Positions 15,987 through 19,373 of a stretch of DNA of 19,373 bases are shown here, in pieces (the stretch's first letter is position 1; the number at the start of each line of letters is the position of its first letter). The notes under the pieces were generated by a model. That model did not search any database, was not told where the DNA came from, and worked only from the letters and a program-made list of their open reading frames with translations. The stretch spans positions 1-19,373 of the forward strand of contig JASFYO010000088.1 of NCBI GenBank assembly GCA_045047305.1, read 5' to 3'. The translations under genes were made by a program, and so were the position numbers. The stretch is from Planctomycetota bacterium. GTDB taxonomy: Bacteria > Planctomycetota > UBA1135.

Positions 15987-16520
15987 TCAGCCTTGGCGCT
16001 GGACTTCGGCGAAGATTTCTGCGAGAAGAACATCATAGTCATCGACCTGCACGAAACCCTCCTCTCCACCGCGACGAATGACTTTTGCAGCGCCAGAAAC
16101 GGAGGAAGCCTGGACCGTCATCGATCCAGCTTGAAGTCCGACAGGCATGCGCCATTGTTTGGTTTGAGAGGGTTCGCTGAGGAAAAGGATGCTGCGATCC
16201 CCGACCTTGAGGTCGGGCATGCCCGGCAGGACCAGTCCTTTACCGGCAACCTCGCCACCAGGAATTCGAACTTCCTGAATCGAGGCCATTGCACCTTTTA
16301 TCGGCGTTAGGGTCGAAAAGCTGTATCGCGTTTCAATCGTGCCATCGTCCAGGAGTACGCTGGTAGCGTCCAAGACTTCGATTTCGCAAATGCGCTCGGC
16401 ATTGCCCACTAATGTGGCTAAATCGGGTGCTGTTTCAGTGACAGAGGATGCATCGGCGCTGCTCAGGGACAAGCCTGAGAGTGCTCCGATGAGGATTGCG
16501 CAGGTGATGGGGTGACGCAT
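15987..16520 (-). CDS. Secreted hypothetical protein with a possible TIMP/NTR-like OB-fold
   Basis: Signal peptide ending SADA. The pattern L..LV.NAERI.EIEV...TRYSF......KG...PGG......PG.P.L.VGD..ILFL is beta-rich. It lies immediately upstream of the protease. Confidence 0.75.
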   Translation of the reverse strand: MRHPITCAILIGALSGLSLSSADASSVTETAPDLATLVGNAERICEIEVLDATSVLLDDGTIETRYSFSTLTPIKGAMASIQEVRIPGGEVAGKGLVLPGMPDLKVGDRSILFLSEPSQTKQWRMPVGLQAGSMTVQASSVSGAAKVIRRGGEEGFVQVDDYDVLLAEIFAEVQRQG

Positions 16521-16666
16521 GTTGCCTTATTTGCGGCCATCGACACCGACACTTGAGTGCGATCCTTGATAAATCCAACTTCCTATGAATTGTCTGGGGC
16601 AGGAGTGTTCCAGATCTAGATTTCGCAGCGCCCATATTCCCCCATGCTAACCGCTAGGATGCTTGC

Positions 16667-17818
16667 ATGACGCACAAGCCCTTGGATGCCGAGGTCCTCG
16701 TTCTTGGAGTTGGCTCCATGGGTGCTGCAGCCTGTCACGCTATAGCCCGTTGTGGTGTTTCCGTTTTAGGAGTCGATGCCCATACGATTCCGAATCAACG
16801 TGCATCGCATCATGGGGGCACCCGCATGATGCGATTGTCGTATCACGAACACCCCAATTACGTGGCACTCTTAAAGGAGGCGTGGCAAATGTGGCGTGAT
16901 TTGGAAGACGCTAGTGGTCATGGGTTGTTAACTCAAACCGGAGGGCTGTATCTCGGCCAACCCGACGGCGACCTTCTAGGCGGCGCAGTGCAATCCGCAG
17001 AGCTGCACGACCTCCCCCATCGCCGCCTTTCCGCCAACCGCCTACGCAAAGAGTTCCCTGCATTCATCGTTCCTGATGACTGTGAAGCCGTTTGGGATGA
17101 ATGTGCCGGCTATGTATTTTCAGAGCGCGCGATTCTTTGCATGACGACCTTAGCGAAAAAACTGGGGGCAAAAATCCGCGAGCACTTCCCGATTGCAGAG
17201 GTTCAATATGAGGACGACCATATTTGTTTGCGCAGCGTCAACGGCGAACGTGTGTATGGAAAGCACCTCATCGTGACCGCGGGGGCCGGTATCTCGGTTG
17301 CTGAGCTTGGATTAGCGCCTGCAGAGCTACAAGTGACGCGCCAAGAACTAGCTTGGTTCGAGGTTGCGCCTGCGATGCGCACTGCCGCGCGCGCAATTCC
17401 GTGCTGGGCTTTAGAAGCCAAAATCTTGCAGCCAAACAATCCTGGGTTGCTCTATGGTTTCCCGACCTTTGAAGGAGAACCTTGCTTGAAAGCAGCGCTG
17501 CATTGGCCTGGACCAAGCGCGGATGCCCACAGTCTGCTAGAAAGCCAGGCCGACGCCTTGCAACCAGTGCAACAAATGATGCACTCCCTATTCCCCACTC
17601 TCAGCGGACCCATGTCCCGCCAAGCCGTCTGCCGCTACACCAATAGTGCCGACAGCCATTTCATCGTGGATCGCCATCCGACCAAGCCGAACACCACCAT
17701 CGCGTGTGGGTTCAGCGGCCACGGGTTCAAGTTTGCTCCGGTCATCGGCGAGGTACTGCGGGAGTTGTGCTTCCACGGGAAAAGTACGCGCCCGGTGGAG
17801 TTCTTAGCGCTACGTTGA
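16667..17818 (+). CDS. solA: N-methyl-L-tryptophan oxidase / monomeric sarcosine oxidase family flavoprotein
   Basis: FAD-binding VLVLGVGSMG, SHHGGTRMMRLSY, the covalent-FAD Cys motif AVCRYT (cf. AVCMYT), HFIVD and GFSGHGFKFAPVIG. Confidence 0.92.
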   Translation: MTHKPLDAEVLVLGVGSMGAAACHAIARCGVSVLGVDAHTIPNQRASHHGGTRMMRLSYHEHPNYVALLKEAWQMWRDLEDASGHGLLTQTGGLYLGQPDGDLLGGAVQSAELHDLPHRRLSANRLRKEFPAFIVPDDCEAVWDECAGYVFSERAILCMTTLAKKLGAKIREHFPIAEVQYEDDHICLRSVNGERVYGKHLIVTAGAGISVAELGLAPAELQVTRQELAWFEVAPAMRTAARAIPCWALEAKILQPNNPGLLYGFPTFEGEPCLKAALHWPGPSADAHSLLESQADALQPVQQMMHSLFPTLSGPMSRQAVCRYTNSADSHFIVDRHPTKPNTTIACGFSGHGFKFAPVIGEVLRELCFHGKSTRPVEFLALR

Positions 17819-17940
17819 GCTGCATCCCACTTGGGGACTTGAGCCCTGGGCTCGTGCGCGTGATTCAGTAATTGGAAATGGCAGGGAGAAGGGCGGCGAC
17901 AAGAACTCAAATCTATCCATTCAGGATAGAATAAGGGCCC

Positions 17941-19170
17941 ATGTCTCCACTCCAAGACTCCGTTAGCCGCCAGCAAGGCATCGACTTCGTTCAGAAGCTC
18001 GGTGAGGCCCTGCATCGGTTCGGCACTCCAGCGAATCGGCTGGATGAGGTGTTGGTTTTGATGTCGCATGAATTGGGCTTGGAGGCTAGCTTTTTCAGCA
18101 CTCCATCCGCAATTTTTTACGCCTACGACTTGCCGGAGGAACGTGGCTATGCACGCTTGCAACGCGTTTATGAGCATGAACTGGACTTATCCAAGTTAGC
18201 CCGCTTAGATCGATTGTTCAATCAAGTGCTCGATGGGGAGATTCCGATTGCGCAAGCTGTTGCCAAGGTCGACGTCATCACTTCATCGCCGGCACCTTAT
18301 CCGCTCAGCCTCAGCTTTCTTGCCTTTGGAGCCACTTCGGCTGCTGCCGTGAACTTCTTTGGCGGCGGTCTTGCCGAGACCTTGCTGGCAGGCGTTTCTG
18401 GACTTTCTTTGGGCTTACTCTATTTGCTCACAGAAACCTTCGTCCCTCTGCGACGCTTGTTCGAGCCCATCGGCGCGCTATTGGTAAGCCTAACGGCCGT
18501 TTGTCTTGCGCAAAGTTTTGATGCATCAGCTGACCTCGCCACTCTTGCCGGTTTAATTATCCTAGTGCCCGGATTCAGCATCGCCATCGGGGCCACCGAA
18601 CTAGCCCTAAAGCACCCTACTTCCGGAATAGCGCGATTGGCCGGGGCCACCGTCACTTTGCTCATGCTGACGATGGGCACCATGTTCGGACGACAACTTG
18701 CGGAGTCCTTTGGCGTCACTCTGAATCCCAACATCATCCCCACCCCGCTACCGCAATGGGCGCAACCGCTGGGCTTAGTGGTCGCTGGCCTCGGCCTAGG
18801 CATTCTGTTCAAGATTGCCCGACGCGATTTACCATGGGCTGTGGCTGCTGTGATTTTGCCGTTTTTAGTTTTCCAGGCAGGAGTGAAAGAATTCAGTCTC
18901 GAGGCAAGTATCTTCCTTGGCGCTCTGGTGGCCGGAGCCTTTAGCAATGTCTTCGCCCGCTGGCGCGATCGCCCATCCATGATTGTGCGTCTACCCGGTA
19001 TACTAATTTTAGTCCCAGGCGCCACCGGTTTTCTTTCCCTCAGCGATTTTGCCGAAGGCGACATCATGGCTGGCGTAGAAGCTTTGTACCACGTAGGCAT
19101 GACCGCAACCGCATTGGTGACAGGACTTTTGGTCTCGAACATCTTGGTGCCACCACGCAAGGCGTTGTAG
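17941..19170 (+). CDS. Threonine/serine exporter (ThrE family, fused two-domain form)
   Basis: LGEALHRFGTPANRLDE, DLSKL, GLIILVPG and a second PGILILVPG repeat, with about 10 TM segments. Confidence 0.9.
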   Translation: MSPLQDSVSRQQGIDFVQKLGEALHRFGTPANRLDEVLVLMSHELGLEASFFSTPSAIFYAYDLPEERGYARLQRVYEHELDLSKLARLDRLFNQVLDGEIPIAQAVAKVDVITSSPAPYPLSLSFLAFGATSAAAVNFFGGGLAETLLAGVSGLSLGLLYLLTETFVPLRRLFEPIGALLVSLTAVCLAQSFDASADLATLAGLIILVPGFSIAIGATELALKHPTSGIARLAGATVTLLMLTMGTMFGRQLAESFGVTLNPNIIPTPLPQWAQPLGLVVAGLGLGILFKIARRDLPWAVAAVILPFLVFQAGVKEFSLEASIFLGALVAGAFSNVFARWRDRPSMIVRLPGILILVPGATGFLSLSDFAEGDIMAGVEALYHVGMTATALVTGLLVSNILVPPRKAL

Positions 19171-19220
19171 TTACGCTTTCAGACCAACACTGCGTTCAGC
19201 ACTAGGGTAGTGCATTGCAT

Positions 19221-19259
19221 AAAAAAACCGAGGAACGCAGCTCCCGTGCGTTCCTCGGT
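19221..19259 (-). terminator. Rho-independent terminator for the minus-strand gene entering from the right
   Basis: Perfect 13-bp inverted repeat ACCGAGGAACGCA (19227-19239) / TGCGTTCCTCGGT (19247-19259) with a 7-nt loop. The A7 run at 19221-19227 gives a U-tract on the minus strand. It lies 27 nt after the stop at 19287. Confidence 0.9.
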
Positions 19260-19286
19260 GAAGGAAGGTAATTCGTCTTTAGCGAC

Positions 19287-19373
19287 CTAAAAGTCGAAGG
19301 CAAAACGCAACGCGATGATGGTGGTCGAATCCAAGTTATCTAGTTCAGCTTGGGTTACGTCCAGCATGATGCG
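19287..19373 (-). CDS. C-terminal fragment of a probable outer-membrane beta-barrel (OprO/OprP porin-like)
   Basis: Manual translation gives RIMLDVTQAELDNLDSTTIIALRFAFDF*. These are alternating beta-strands ending in a terminal Phe (beta-signal), and the stop is followed by a terminator. Only 28 aa are visible. Confidence 0.6.
   Translation of the reverse strand, partial: RIMLDVTQAELDNLDSTTIIALRFAFDF

Noticed and set aside
15974..16069. N-terminal extension of the protease ORF as given in the ORF track
   Set aside because: It overlaps the upstream gene by more than 80 nt and buries the signal peptide. ATG 15973 gives a clean signal peptide.
17825..17853. Small inverted repeats after solA (e.g. 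GAGCCC-T-GGGCTC)
   Set aside because: The stems are too short and there is no U-tract, so a terminator cannot be called.
17635..18177. 180-aa - strand ORF spanning solA and thrE
   Set aside because: It overlaps two well-supported genes on the opposite strand and has no motifs.
18420..19160. 246-aa - strand ORF
   Set aside because: It is antisense to the ThrE exporter. Its Ala/Pro/Arg/Lys-rich composition is typical of a shadow of a hydrophobic gene.
1..19373. tRNA/rRNA genes, CRISPR arrays, IS elements or prophage
   Set aside because: All intergenic gaps are under 150 bp and none shows a cloverleaf, periodic repeats or terminal inverted repeats. No transposase, integrase or phage proteins were recognised.

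Overview
A gene-dense chromosomal segment (mid-50s % GC by eye) from a diderm bacterium. The gene content and style suggest Planctomycetota, but this is inference only. Most genes are on the minus strand. Read in transcription order from the right, they are: a small secreted protein, then a matrixin-like (HExxHxxGxxH) metalloprotease with IPT/TIG repeats and a Gly6-Cys C-terminal anchor, an alkaline-phosphatase-superfamily (AlkP) lipoprotein, a universal stress protein, a PolB-like 3'-5' exonuclease, a Wzx-type flippase, a second (cytoplasmic) AlkP-superfamily enzyme and a PIG-L deacetylase. After a plus-strand LPS-kinase-like gene, the minus strand continues with lptF, lptG, a TPR-like lipoprotein, a nitrilase-family amidohydrolase and a thiolase that runs off the left edge and is missing from the ORF track. 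At the right are solA and a ThrE-family exporter on the plus strand, a strong intrinsic terminator, and the last 28 codons of a probable outer-membrane porin. I saw no RNA genes, CRISPR arrays or mobile elements. The most interesting signals are (1) a propeptide-less MMP-like protease paired with an upstream secreted protein that has a TIMP/NTR-like sequence pattern, a candidate protease-inhibitor module; (2) a recurring GnTANNNT-N6-start architecture implying leaderless transcripts; and (3) an envelope glycan-modification neighbourhood containing internally duplicated or degenerate enzymes.
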